Program-made: the position numbers and the translations under genes | Source of the DNA: Octopus sinensis | Lineage: Eukaryota | Length of the DNA: 64,000 bases | NCBI RefSeq assembly: GCF_006345805.1 | Contig: NC_043012.1 | Span: 17,298,001 to 17,362,000, forward strand | Reading direction: 5' to 3' | Shown: in pieces, positions 42,877-54,461 of the stretch | How positions within the stretch are numbered: position 1 is the first letter of the stretch | Layout: each line of letters begins with the position of its first letter | Notes under the pieces: model-generated | The model's input: only the letters and a program-made list of their open reading frames with translations | Databases searched by the model: none | What the model was told of the DNA's origin: nothing

Positions 42877-44431
42877 CCGCTGCATTGGAAACAGGCAATG
42901 GGTCCATAACTCCCATCTCGGCTATATTCTTGGAGCCCTGGTAATACGTTATAGCACTTACCCAGCGTAACTAGTAGTTTAGATCACCTGCGAACTAAAC
43001 CCCATACTTTTGTGTGTGTGTGTATATATATATACACACACACACCACACACACCACACATGTATATATATAATATATATATATATATAATATATATATA
43101 TATATATAGCAGAAGAAAAAACTGAAGATTAGGAAGTTAGTAATGTGTTTATTAACAAGAAATGGCAATTTTGGCTCCTTACAGTTCATTCAATTAGTAC
43201 TCAATAATTTAATTACAAATTTGGAATTAAATTATTAAGTATTAATCGAAACGTCTGTAAGAAGCGAAGATGACCAATTTACTGATAATAATAAACAATT
43301 ATTTACTTCTTAATCTCAATTTTCTTTCTTCTTTTAAATGGATATAAACTATATGCTTTAAATATATTATTGGTTTAAGGGAATTTCAATTCCTCCAAAA
43401 TACTAGGTATTGAACCAGAATTTCCTTGGATGCAACCATCCCTTCATGAGATTGACATACCCTCTAATTAAATTCACACACACACACACACACACGCACA
43501 CAGACAAACACACACACACTCACACACACATATATATTCGCCGATGACTCCACCATGATACAGTTTGTACTTAGTTACATATTAGTAGTAGCGCTCCAGA
43601 GCGACCTTACTTATAATGTCATTATATAGATAAATATATGTGAGTTGGTACATATAGATATAAAAAAAAACAGGTATGTATATATATATATATATATCTT
43701 AAGATGAAAATAAATGGAGTACCTACTCATACCCAAGGAAAAGCAGATGCAATGACATGTAAGAACATAAGTATCCCATATATATATCTAAGCAACCGGT
43801 CAAGAATCCATTCTCATTCCTGAAGTAAAAGGGAATTAATCAAATTCAAATATAAATATAAAGTTTAAAAAAAAAATAATCAGTGGCCAGCATATTAAAA
43901 AGTAACATTAAAGGTGAGGTTTTAAATACAATTATAAATAAGGGCAAGAGAAAAAAAAAATTCTTTGCCAATATACTAAAATAAACGGTAAATCTTTTAA
44001 CTACATAAAAATATTTTCGATAATATTATATGCTACGGAATTTCTATTTGGATATATTTGGGGTACTTATGTGTATACATGTCACTGCGTCTGCTTTTCC
44101 GTTGGTATGGGTAGGTGCTTAATTTATTTTCATCTTAAGTATTCCTCGCTGACGAAGGAAGAATCTGTTTGGGTTAATCTTGAAATCGGGCCGATACAGG
44201 GATAACTGAATTTTTATGAATTTCTGTTAGCTTGCTTCCTCGATTTCGACCCGTGTGTAAATAATAATAGTGAAAATATTTTAATGCGGTTGGACGATTT
44301 AGCGTCTATTTCAGTATATTGGAAAAGAAATATTTTTATTTTGCCCTTATTTATAACACACACACACACACACACACAAATATATATATACATAGACACA
44401 CACACATATATATATTCAGTTCGTTTATATA

Positions 44432-44502
44432 ATGATACCAATTTAATAATAGAAGTTTTATGAGGTTGTACCGAAGCCGTGCCAATATAACGCAGGATAA
44501 AT

Positions 44503-44563
<61 letters not shown>

Positions 44564-44590
44564 TAATAATAATAATAATAATAATAATAA

Positions 44591-44621
<31 letters not shown>

Positions 44622-44937
44622 TGTGTGTGTGTGTGTAGTAATAATTATGATAAAAGTCCATGGATAGAATTTATAAATATTTTAATGTTTCCACAAATCA
44701 TGTTTTTTTAGGATCATAGTCCGTATTCCTGGGATAGTTACGGAATGCACTGTAATCATCCCAGGAATACGGACTATGATAATAAAAAATGTGATTTGTA
44801 TAAACGCACGTAGCGATGCATTAATATATTTATAAATTCCACCCTTGGATTATTGTCATTATTACTATATTTATCCCACATTATATCGGCACAGCTCGGT
44901 ACAACCTCATAAAACTGCTATTCCAAACTGGTACCAT
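44432..44937. mobile_element. Foldback MITE with microsatellite-expanded left arm
   Basis: Arms are homologous end to end; inner 23-bp perfect inverted repeat at 44713-44735 and 44758-44780; (AAT)n(GT)n only in the left arm. Confidence 0.8.
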
Positions 44938-45077
44938 TAGGCTGTAGCCGACATGTTAAAATAGTTTTTATTTGTGTACTCAAATACATTTCCATGAAAA
45001 CGAACTTAAAAGATCTCTCTCTTTCTCTCTCTCTCTCTCTATCTATCTATCTATTTGTCTGTCTGTCTGTCTGTCTC

Positions 45078-45154
<77 letters not shown>

Positions 45155-45562
45155 TTATCTATCTATCCATATAATGACATCACATGTTCCGGTCGCTCTT
45201 GAGCACTGCTTCTAACATGTCACCGAGTATAACCTGTACCATGGTCGAGTCGTCGCCGACTAAAGTGGCAACCCCAGCGAACTTGCTTGGTTAGGAGGGT
45301 GACTGCTGGACATCCTGGGGGATGGAAAATTATGCTCGTTAGAGGGCGGAAGGACTCGTGAGTATTCAACGGCCATCTAACAAATATGTGTATATGTGCA
45401 TATCATATTTTGTTTGCTTGTGTCTATGTGTGTTTGTGTGTGTATGAGTGCGTGTGCGTATGTGTATACATATTGTATATTTTTAAACCTTATATTCACA
45501 TATTCATAACTTTATATTGATTTTTATATTCTCTCATATACCTTTATACCCATACATATATG

Positions 45563-45603
<41 letters not shown>

Positions 45604-45714
45604 TCATTCATTAACGTCCATTTCCATGCTAGCATGGGTTTATATATATAATATATATATATATGTGGGTTATATATATATATATATATGGGTTTATATA
45701 TATTATATATATAT

Positions 45715-45752
<38 letters not shown>

Positions 45753-45790
45753 ATATGGGTTATATATATATATATATATGGGTTATATAT

Positions 45791-46723
45791 ATACTAAGTA
45801 ATTAAGTGTTTAGCAACGATTTGCCTCACCACACACCAATTTAGAAATAGCAGTCAAAGAGTTATAGCTATTCTTTCTACTAAAAGGGAGATCTCAGTAA
45901 ACCACAGCACTTGAAAGGCAAACACAGACAGGCAAGAGAGAAAGAAATGACGGCAATCTATCATACAATTTTAAGTCACCTACGGACGTACGTTTCAAAT
46001 TAAGTTTTAGGAAAGCATAAGAATTAGATAATTATGTCTTACCCACTTCTTTTCTCATCAGCGTAGGACACTACAATTATGAATAATTTATATTTAAATT
46101 TCGAGATACTAGAAGCATCATTTCAACTCAGTATCAGAGCGAGCTAAAACCGTTACCAGTATCACCAAATTCAAAGTGTGAATGAAAGTTGTGTCACCAC
46201 CCCTTCCCACCAGCGTGTAGCTAAGACAAGATGTTGTGGTCATTTACTGGGATGAAATATGGTTATCAGTAATAATATAGGGTGAAATTAATTAATTTGG
46301 AATAATCATTAATTTCACAAGTAGGTTCGGCATGTAAAAGCCTCATTCGAGGAAAGTTTAAGTAATACTAAGTAATTAAGAGTTTAGCAACGATTTGCCT
46401 CACCACACACCGAATTTAGAAATAGCAGTCAAAGAGTTATAGCTATTCTTTCTACTAAAAGGGAGATCTCAGTAAAACCACAGCACTTGAAAGGCAAACA
46501 CAGACAGGCAAGAGAGAAAGACATGACGGCAATCTATCATACAATTTTAAGTCACCTACGGACGTACGTTTCGAAATTAAGTTTTAGGAAAGCATAAGAA
46601 TTAGATAATTATGTCTTACCCAACTTCTTTTCTCATCAGCGTAGGACACTAGATCTCCCTTTTAGTAGAAAGAATAGCTATAACTCTTTGACTGCTATTT
46701 CTAAATTCGGTGTTGTGGTAAGG
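45791..46723. repeat. 283-bp direct duplication plus 72-bp inverted copy
   Basis: 45791-46073 equals 46365-46651; 46651-46723 is the reverse complement of 46398-46469. Confidence 0.9.
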
Positions 46724-46811
46724 TTATATTATATATATATATTATATAGGTTATTATATATAATATATATATATAGATAAGAAAGTTTGTTTGGTAAAGC
46801 ACGTGGGGTGA

Positions 46812-47828
46812 ATATATAAGAAAATAGTAAAGTGTGAAAAAACGACAGAAGGCTTAAATGTTAAAAAATATATATATTTGTGTCAAAATGTCTGGAGAAT
46901 ATTGGAAAAAATTTTTTCCTTTCCTAAATGACATAATTTTAAAATTTTAAAGAAATTACCGGTTCGCGTGTAGCTTTTCAAATTTCTTGTGACGTTATGT
47001 TATATGTATGGAATTATCGTTGTTTTTATTTCCAGGAGATTCTAAATAAGGGAGGTAGTGAGTGATTTTCCGGTGTAGGGGAGATAATCGCTTAAAAAAT
47101 TTTTTTTTTTTTTCCATTTCCTTGTTAATTTCTCTGTGTCAGTATGTTCGGATGGTTGAGTCTGGGTTTGTACTTTTCAATGAAGAATGTTTCCTTGTTC
47201 AGTCTCATTTGTGTTGATGATCCGAAAGCACATTGGTAAAATGGGAAGATTAAAAATTGTGGCAGTAGTTGCTTGCGCATTTCTCGATGTGCTCACTAAA
47301 AGGTATCATTCTATATTCCCAGAATATAGAATGATACTTTTAGTGAGCACATCGAGAAATGCGCAAAGCAACTACTGCCACAATTTTTAATCTTCCCATT
47401 TTACCAATGTGCTTTCGGATCATCAACACAAATGAGACTGAACAAGGAAACATTCTTCATTGAAAAGTACAAACCAGACTCAACATCCGAACATACTGAC
47501 ACAGAGAAATTAACAAGGAAATGGGAAAAAAAATTTTTTTTAAGCGATTATCTCCCTACACCGGAAAAAATCACTCACTACCTCCCCTTATTTAGAAATC
47601 TCCTGGAAAAAAAAAACAACGATAATTCCATACAATATAAACATAACGTCACAAGAAATTGAAAAGCTACACGCGAAAACCTGGTAATTTCTTTAAAAAT
47701 TTTAAAATTATGTCATTTAAGGAAAGGAAAAAATTCTTTCCAATATTCTCCAGACATTTGACACAATATATATATATTTTTTAACATTTAAGCCTTCTGT
47801 CGTTTTTCACACTTACTATTTTCTTATA
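46812..47828. mobile_element. About 1-kb palindrome of a Penelope-like 3' end (endonuclease C-terminus + 3' UTR)
   Basis: Arms of about 510 bp around a 3-nt loop (cca, 47319-47321). The right arm reads SEHIEKCAKQLLPQFLIFPFYQC...RLNKETFFIEKYKP. Confidence 0.9.
46952..46986 (-). ncRNA. Minimal hammerhead-like motif, U3-A8 variant (left arm; mirrored at 47655-47691 +)
   Basis: GAAAU UUGAAAA GC-UACAC-GC GAA(A)C CG GUA AUUUC. The two arms show 2 and 4 A in the GAAA box, so the canonical 3 is inferred. Confidence 0.5.
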
Positions 47829-47867
47829 TATATATATATATATGGGTTATATAGAATATATATGGGT

Positions 47868-47905
<38 letters not shown>

Positions 47906-47915
47906 ATATATGGGT

Positions 47916-47954
<39 letters not shown>

Positions 47955-48426
47955 ATATATATATACAGGGTGTAAATTAAACTAGGCATTAGAAATTGCT
48001 TAAGGAGTTTTTAGTATCACTCCAAATACCTTGGTGAGCGTGCTGTCCTAATAGGGGCTGTTCCGACACATAACGGAGTCGCCAAATCCCACCATTACTT
48101 CGAGCTGATGAAGAAGCGACATTGCAGCTATCAAAGGCCGCCTGTTTGCAGGTTGAGGACTAGATACCTCCAACCAATTTGCTCTGTACCCGACGCCACC
48201 GTCCTATCACCACAAGTCTTGTGGCACGAAAAGAGAAACGAACATGCCAAATTACAAAACGAGCATTCAAATGGCATTATAGAGCAATGGAGATAACAGT
48301 GAGGTTTAACAAGGAACACACCGAAGCTAGGTGTTTGACTCAACAATTCCAGTGGGTCTATTAGAATAAGATATAAATCTATATATATATATACAAAAAA
48401 TATAGAATACACACACACACACATAG

Positions 48427-48460
<34 letters not shown>

Positions 48461-48479
48461 TTATATATATATAAGATTC

Positions 48480-48850
48480 AGTTGAATTATGTACTTAAAT
48501 TGAGACACCAAGCCAGTTCGGTATAGTCCGTGCAGCTCGAAGTGTGCGAGGTCTTGTCTTGTTCCCTCTTTTGCATAACCCTACAGGTAAAAATCACATG
48601 GAGTGAGATCTAGACTTCTTAGAGTTCTGGACTTCTGGACTTCTACAGTCACAGTCTTCAGGTTTTATCTCCTGCACCTAATGGTGTTCGCGCGGACGTA
48701 TTGTCTGCCTTGTTAGTCCACTTTCATGAGCTGCTTCATTAAACATCTGAGATTAAACATCTCCTGCACTGTTGCCATGTTCTGCGCTGATCGTGGTGTG
48801 GGTGGACGGCCACTTCTTTTGCAACGTTCACAAACCCCGGGGTCATCAGC
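48480..48850 (-). mobile_element. Degraded, internally deleted Tc1/mariner-superfamily remnant
   Basis: KRSGRPPTPRSAQNMATVQEMF...AAHESGLTRQTIR and RSLDLTPCDFYL*GYAK (SPDLTPCDF-type motif). Confidence 0.55.
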
Positions 48851-49008
48851 TCTACATAACAACTCTTTATTGTCTCCCCCAAATTGCTTACCTCATAAAA
48901 ATCTTGTCAGTTTAGCGCGACTGGCTGATGTGCATGTAACTCTCGAAACAATTGAAAAAATAAATAAGTAGTTATAATGATAGTCCCCCCGCATGATAGC
49001 TAATCCTG

Positions 49009-49405
49009 AGGGCAGCGAACTGGCAGAATCGTTAGCACGCCGGGTGAAGTGCTTAGCGGTATTTCGTCTGCCGTTACGTTCTGAGTTCATATTACGCCGA
49101 GGTCGATTTTGCCTTTCATCCTTTCGGGTCGATAAATTAAGTACCAGTTACGTACTGAGGTCGATATAAACGACTTAATCCGTTTGTCTGTCCTTGTTTA
49201 TCCTCTACGTTTAGCCCTTTGTGGGTAGTAAAGAAATAGAAATAGGTATTTCGTCTGCCGTTACGTTCTGAGTTCAAATTCCGCCGAGGTCGACTTTGCC
49301 CTTCATCATTTAGGGGTCGATAAATTAAGTACCAGGGGATTAAGTCGATGTAATCGACTTAATCTCTTCCCCTAAACTTGAGACCTTGTGCTTCACAAGA
49401 AATGT
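49009..49405 (+). mobile_element. Two tandem family-B SINEs (complete 49009-49243; 5'-truncated 49245-49405 with a different tail)
   Basis: The repeat ggtatttcgtctgccgttacgttctgagttca... occurs twice; tails are tttagccctttgtggg versus cccctaaacttgagaccttgtgc. Confidence 0.88.
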
Positions 49406-49499
49406 TTGCTAATCCTGAGTGTAAAACAGCCATTACGAAAATATCCTGTAGATATTGTAGAATTCTCAGATTCTTGCTGATTGTGTGATAATCAGGTTT

Positions 49500-50058
49500 C
49501 TGAAGTATTTGCAGGGTATACAATATTCTGAAAGGGAAAAGGACAGTGTATGGAAGCGAATATAATATTTGCCATTAAAAATCAGATAATGTCAAACTTG
49601 ATCAAATTACCAAAGGGTATTAATGAAAGAGTCATGGCTCTATGCATGAAATTAAGAGATGATTGCCATGCAACAATTATAAGTCCATATGCACCGACTC
49701 TAGATAGTAGCGAAGAAGCAAAACTTGAATTCTATATAGCTTTAGAAGAGTGTTTGCGTGGTATAACTAATTGTGATAAAATTATTTTGTTTGGTGACTT
49801 TATAGTTGGCGCTGATTGGAACACATTAAGATATCTTGGAAGAGATGGAGTAAGGAAAATGATTGGTTTGCTATTCCTTCAGCGTTGCACAGAGATGGAC
49901 TTATATATATTAAGGGCCCAGGTAAAACAACGAATGTCACATTACAACATGGATGCAATCTCGATCCAAACAGTGCCATCTAATTGATTTTGGAAATCTT
50001 TGGCAAAGGGATCTAAAAGGTGTTCTTAATGTACGTTCTCTAAAGGGACCGAACTGCT
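49500..50058 (+). mobile_element. RTE-clade LINE apurinic endonuclease fragment
   Basis: FAIKN...LPKGINERVM...ATIISPYAPTLDSSEEAKLEFY...DKIILFGDF...TTWMQSRSKQCHLID. Confidence 0.88.
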
Positions 50059-50961
50059 GAGCATTTCGGCCGACGTGCTAACGATTCTGCCAACTCGCCG
50101 CCCTCTTGGCTGTTCTTATTGCTCTATGAACGGATGATGTCGGCAACATTGACAGTAAAGGCGCGCGTCGAGTATGAAAGGAATATCCTTGTCTAAGACA
50201 AGGATATATCTTGTGTGTGCATATATACATAATATGTACACACACACACTCACACATATGTAGATATATATATATATTTATATGTATGTGCATATGTACA
50301 TATATATATATATATATATATATGTGCATGTGAACATATATATATATACATATATAAATATATTGGTACAACATATATATATATATATATATACACACAT
50401 ACATATATATATTGGAACATTGTATATGTATATATATCCGTGTCTATCTGTATAACTTTTTATGAAAAAATTATTTATGGAGAAAGCTAATTATAAAACA
50501 CCAATAAAAATTATTCACAAATACAAGTCATTGTTTTTTTTATAAAGTAAGTCGCGAAGTAATTTGAAGCATTTTAGTTGATTTCATCAGATATTGTTTA
50601 AGCATTTTAAGTTCTCCAAGATTCAACATAGAACAAACACTTCAACTTTGAAAATAAAAGTTCGTTTATACAATAGCAACTGCCTGTGAAGAGATGTTAT
50701 ATCATTTAAATCATTTGCGAGCTGTGCTTGATTCGATATCACTGAAGTACGTTCTAAATATTTACGTTTTAGCTAATGGATGGGAAGTGTTATATAGAAT
50801 ATTCTCTTGCCATTTACATGCATGTTTAATTGTATAATTCGAAAGCGAGTTGGCGTATGGTTTAGGAATTTGGTAAATGAAATAGAGAAATATTATACAA
50901 CAATACATGCATGCATACATACATACATACTCAATACTTACATACACACATAAACATACAA

Positions 50962-51000
<39 letters not shown>

Positions 51001-51122
51001 ATATATATATATATACATACATATGCGTGTGTGCGAACGTGCCTATGCCTAAATCTATGCACACACGCATACACACTTATTTACACATAGAAACGGGATT
51101 CGGTTCATGAGGTTTAGATATA

Positions 51123-51194
<72 letters not shown>

Positions 51195-51812
51195 ATATAT
51201 ATATACATGTATATGAGTTTGTGTGTGTATGGATACATACAAATACATACATATCTAGTACCAACTACCCCAACCACTACTACTACTACTACTACTACTA
51301 TTACTATTACTGTAACTATTTGGCATTCGCTGTATCTGTCAGTCCGACTTTCACATTCTTTGTCCCACCCTTCTCTCTTCTGTCTCTCTTTCTATACACT
51401 AACGTACATACTCACGCGCGCGCGCAAACACGCAGACACACGCACATGCGCAAGCGCACACTCACACATACACACTCACGAACAAATATATGCACAAACA
51501 GATACACATTCTTTTATTTTCTTTTTGTGTGTGTTTTCGCTATTCTGGTCTCCAAACTTGAATAATTCAGTTCCTGAACGAGAACAGAAATAATGTAAAT
51601 TAATTTTAAACAGCAAACATTTTATTTCAAGAGCAATAAATTGAATTTTACCTCGTATATAACACAATGTTTGTGAAAATTATATATATTTTTTTCTAGC
51701 AACAGAAGAATTGGTGCAAACAAGCACAAAGCAAAACAAAATTCTAGTCTGAACAGATGCAAACACACACGCACACACACACACACACATACAGACATAC
51801 ACACACACACAC

Positions 51813-51843
<31 letters not shown>

Positions 51844-52070
51844 TATATATGCATACATACATACACGCACAATATATATATATATATTTGTACATACATA
51901 CACACACACTTAAATATATATATATATATATATGTATGTATATATATATATATATATACATATATATGTATATATATACATATGTATGTATATATATGTG
52001 CGTATATGTATATATGTATATGTATATATATATGCATACATATATGTATATATGCACATATATTTGTGTA

Positions 52071-52103
<33 letters not shown>

Positions 52104-52384
52104 TGCCACAACGCGTGCTTGAAATCATTGAGAACTGAAAACGCTTCAACGTTTCTTAAATCCTACACACAGTTTGTGAAATTCCTTCCTAAAGGTTAGT
52201 ATCATTCTACTCTTTTTAGTTATAATTTTTTTATTCATCTTAACTTTTTGAAAAAATCTTTCTCTAAATCTTATAACTGTATCAAGTAATTTCCTAAATA
52301 TTCTAAATATATATATAAATATGATTTACCCCTAACTCCTAAAGTTGTTTTTTTTTATTCTGTCTCTATTTATTTCCTCGTGTT

Positions 52385-52421
52385 CCTTCCTGTTGAAGAG
52401 CGTAGGCTCGAAACGTAAATG
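52385..52421 (+). ncRNA. Hammerhead-like motif with U at position 6, in a probable PLE terminal repeat
   Basis: CUGUUGA A GAGC-GUAG-GCUC GAAAC GUA. Stem I is poorly paired in this copy. Confidence 0.4.
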
Positions 52422-52516
52422 ACTTTCTCAACTTCCCGAGCGTGAAACATCTGCTTGTTGTTTATACACCTGTCTTCGTCTTTTGTTTTTCTGTAAATAT
52501 ATATATATATATATAT

Positions 52517-52800
52517 ACAATTGCAGCGTGGAAGGTTTTTGTAAGCCATTTAAGAAACACACAAAAGCCGTTCGATTCACTTCAACATTTAAGTTTAATT
52601 TGTAAAAATATTTTCGTCGCTTTAAGACCGCGACCTGTTCACTGACAAAAATCCGTGCTGCATCTGATTTTTGTCAGTGAAAAGGTCGCGGATGTTAGCG
52701 ACGAAAATATTTTGACAATTAAAGTTAAATGTTGAAGTGAATCGAACGGCCTTTGTGTGTTTTCTTAATGGCTTACAAACACCTTCCACGCTGCAATTGT
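52517..52800. repeat. 284-bp palindrome (arms about 137 bp, 12-nt loop) of a probable PLE terminal repeat
   Basis: 52517-52653 is the reverse complement of 52666-52800 with scattered substitutions and indels. Confidence 0.88.
52599..52649 (-). ncRNA. Hammerhead-like fold, G3-C8 variant (mirrored at 52670-52718 +)
   Basis: UUUGUCA GUGAACA G GUCGC-loop-GCGAC GAAA AUAUUU U(G/U)ACAA. The UUU cleavage triplet is suboptimal and the right-arm copy has A at position 8. Confidence 0.4.
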
Positions 52801-52855
52801 TTTCGTTCCAGCACACGATCCCAGATCAAATCATTTGCTATGCGAGTACATCTCC

Positions 52856-52907
<52 letters not shown>

Positions 52908-53249
52908 CTATATATATAAAAGAAATTAAAAAAAGGAAAATATGCACACTTACATACTTTAATATATTTTTAATATATCCACCGCTTTCGCTATCGCTAT
53001 TCATGATATTATGTTTTACTTATTTGAATATATATTTTTTCTTAAGAAGGAATTTTTGTCCATGTTGTGAGTGATGAATTTCACGAGAGACTGACTTCAC
53101 AAGTAGATAAATAAAGGGAGGTAATTGGTTGTCGTTATTATTGTTATTGTTGTGGGTAAGGGAGATAACTGTTCAGCTTTCGGTAATGGGTGGGGATTAT
53201 ATATGTGTACAGACAGAGACAAGTTTCAAAAACCTTGTTTAGTAATCTC

Positions 53250-53520
53250 TCAACTAGAACGTTTAAATAAAGAAACTTTTTTCATTGAAAAATACAAAAC
53301 ACGTCTTAATATGCACGCATAACCAACTTTTATCTTTTTACATATTTCAATTCACGATTACATCACTGTACATAAATCCCCTACTAAACAAAGTATTTGA
53401 AATATAATATCATGAATAGCGATAGCGAAACCGGTCGATATATTAAAAATTATATTAAAACTATGTAAGTTGCGTATTTTCCTTTTATTAATTTCTTATA
53501 TGCATTACAACTCACCACGT
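53250..53520 (+). mobile_element. Penelope-like 3' end; inverted copy of its UTR upstream (52913-53013)
   Basis: RLNKETFFIEKYKTRLN followed by UTR. 53402-53501 is inverted at 52913-53013. Confidence 0.7.
53407..53441 (+). ncRNA. Intact-looking minimal hammerhead, A3-U8 variant
   Basis: AUAUC AUGAAUA GC-GAUA-GC GAAAC CG GUC GAUAU. The inverted copy at 52975-53009 keeps AUGAAUA but has a mutated stem III. Confidence 0.68.
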
Positions 53521-53639
53521 GGGGATAATCGAAATTCGTCTTTTCTGTTACTACTCTATATATATGTGTGTGTGTACGTGTGTCTGTGTGTATATACACA
53601 CAATTATGTATATATTTATATATACATACTTATAATGTG

Positions 53640-53678
<39 letters not shown>

Positions 53679-53687
53679 GTATATATA

Positions 53688-53968
53688 CGTACTCTGATCT
53701 ATAAGTATCCGGACTGTTGCGTTAGTAAGGAAGCTAAAGAACGCAGTGTAAATCCGCTTGCCACAGATTTTCCGCCTGACTCTGTCCTGGTCAATGCCAC
53801 GATCACATGCTACACACTTTCCTTCCAAGCACTGCTGTAAACAGCAGAAGTGAACTAGAATGTGAAGCCTTAGTGCTCATGCACGGCTGAGTCCAAAGTC
53901 AATCTCTGCGCAGTGGCTTCACTCTGTGTACTATGGCAACATTTCGCATACTTATTGATCAGACCACG
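53688..53968. mobile_element. Mariner-derived MITE (281 bp)
   Basis: TIRs cgtactctgatctataagtatccggactgttgc versus reverse complement cgtggtctgatcaataagtatgcgaaatgttgc; TA flanks; no ORF. Confidence 0.78.
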
Positions 53969-54001
53969 TACATAAATATGTATGCTTGTATGTATCTTTC
54001 C

Positions 54002-54043
<42 letters not shown>

Positions 54044-54062
54044 CTCTCTCTATATATATATA

Positions 54063-54365
54063 TAACTTAGAATAACTTAGAATAACTTAGAAAGGTTTTG
54101 GCCAGTATTGGCCCAGGCCATGTCTAACTTAATAGCACCACCTGGCGAAGTCTTTCAATTCAGGATTTGGGCACCAAGGCCCATTCGAGCAGAGAGTTAT
54201 TGTTTGCGGAGACATCCGGATGTGGGTGGTTTGTCCGGGACTGTTTGAAGGAATTTGTCCAAAGACTTCTTGAATTTTGTGTGGTCAGTTCCTTTTTTGA
54301 TGTGTCCTGGTGTGAGGTTGAAGGAGAGCGGGTCCAATTGAGGTGAAATAGTTGTGCCGTATTGT
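54063..54365 (-). mobile_element. 3' end of a CR1/L2-superfamily LINE with a 10-bp tandem tail
   Basis: LSFNLTPGHIKK...FKKSLDKFLQTVPDKPPTSG...NNNSLLEW, then UTR and (ttctaagtta)x3. Confidence 0.68.
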
Positions 54366-54418
54366 CGTTATGTGATGCGATTTAGATTACGTATATATTA
54401 TATATATATATATATTAT

Positions 54419-54461
<43 letters not shown>

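Noticed and set aside
45180-45390. GC-rich segment possibly an RTE 5' UTR with an HDV-like ribozyme
   Set aside because: I could not build the nested double pseudoknot by eye, and no adjoining ORF supports it.
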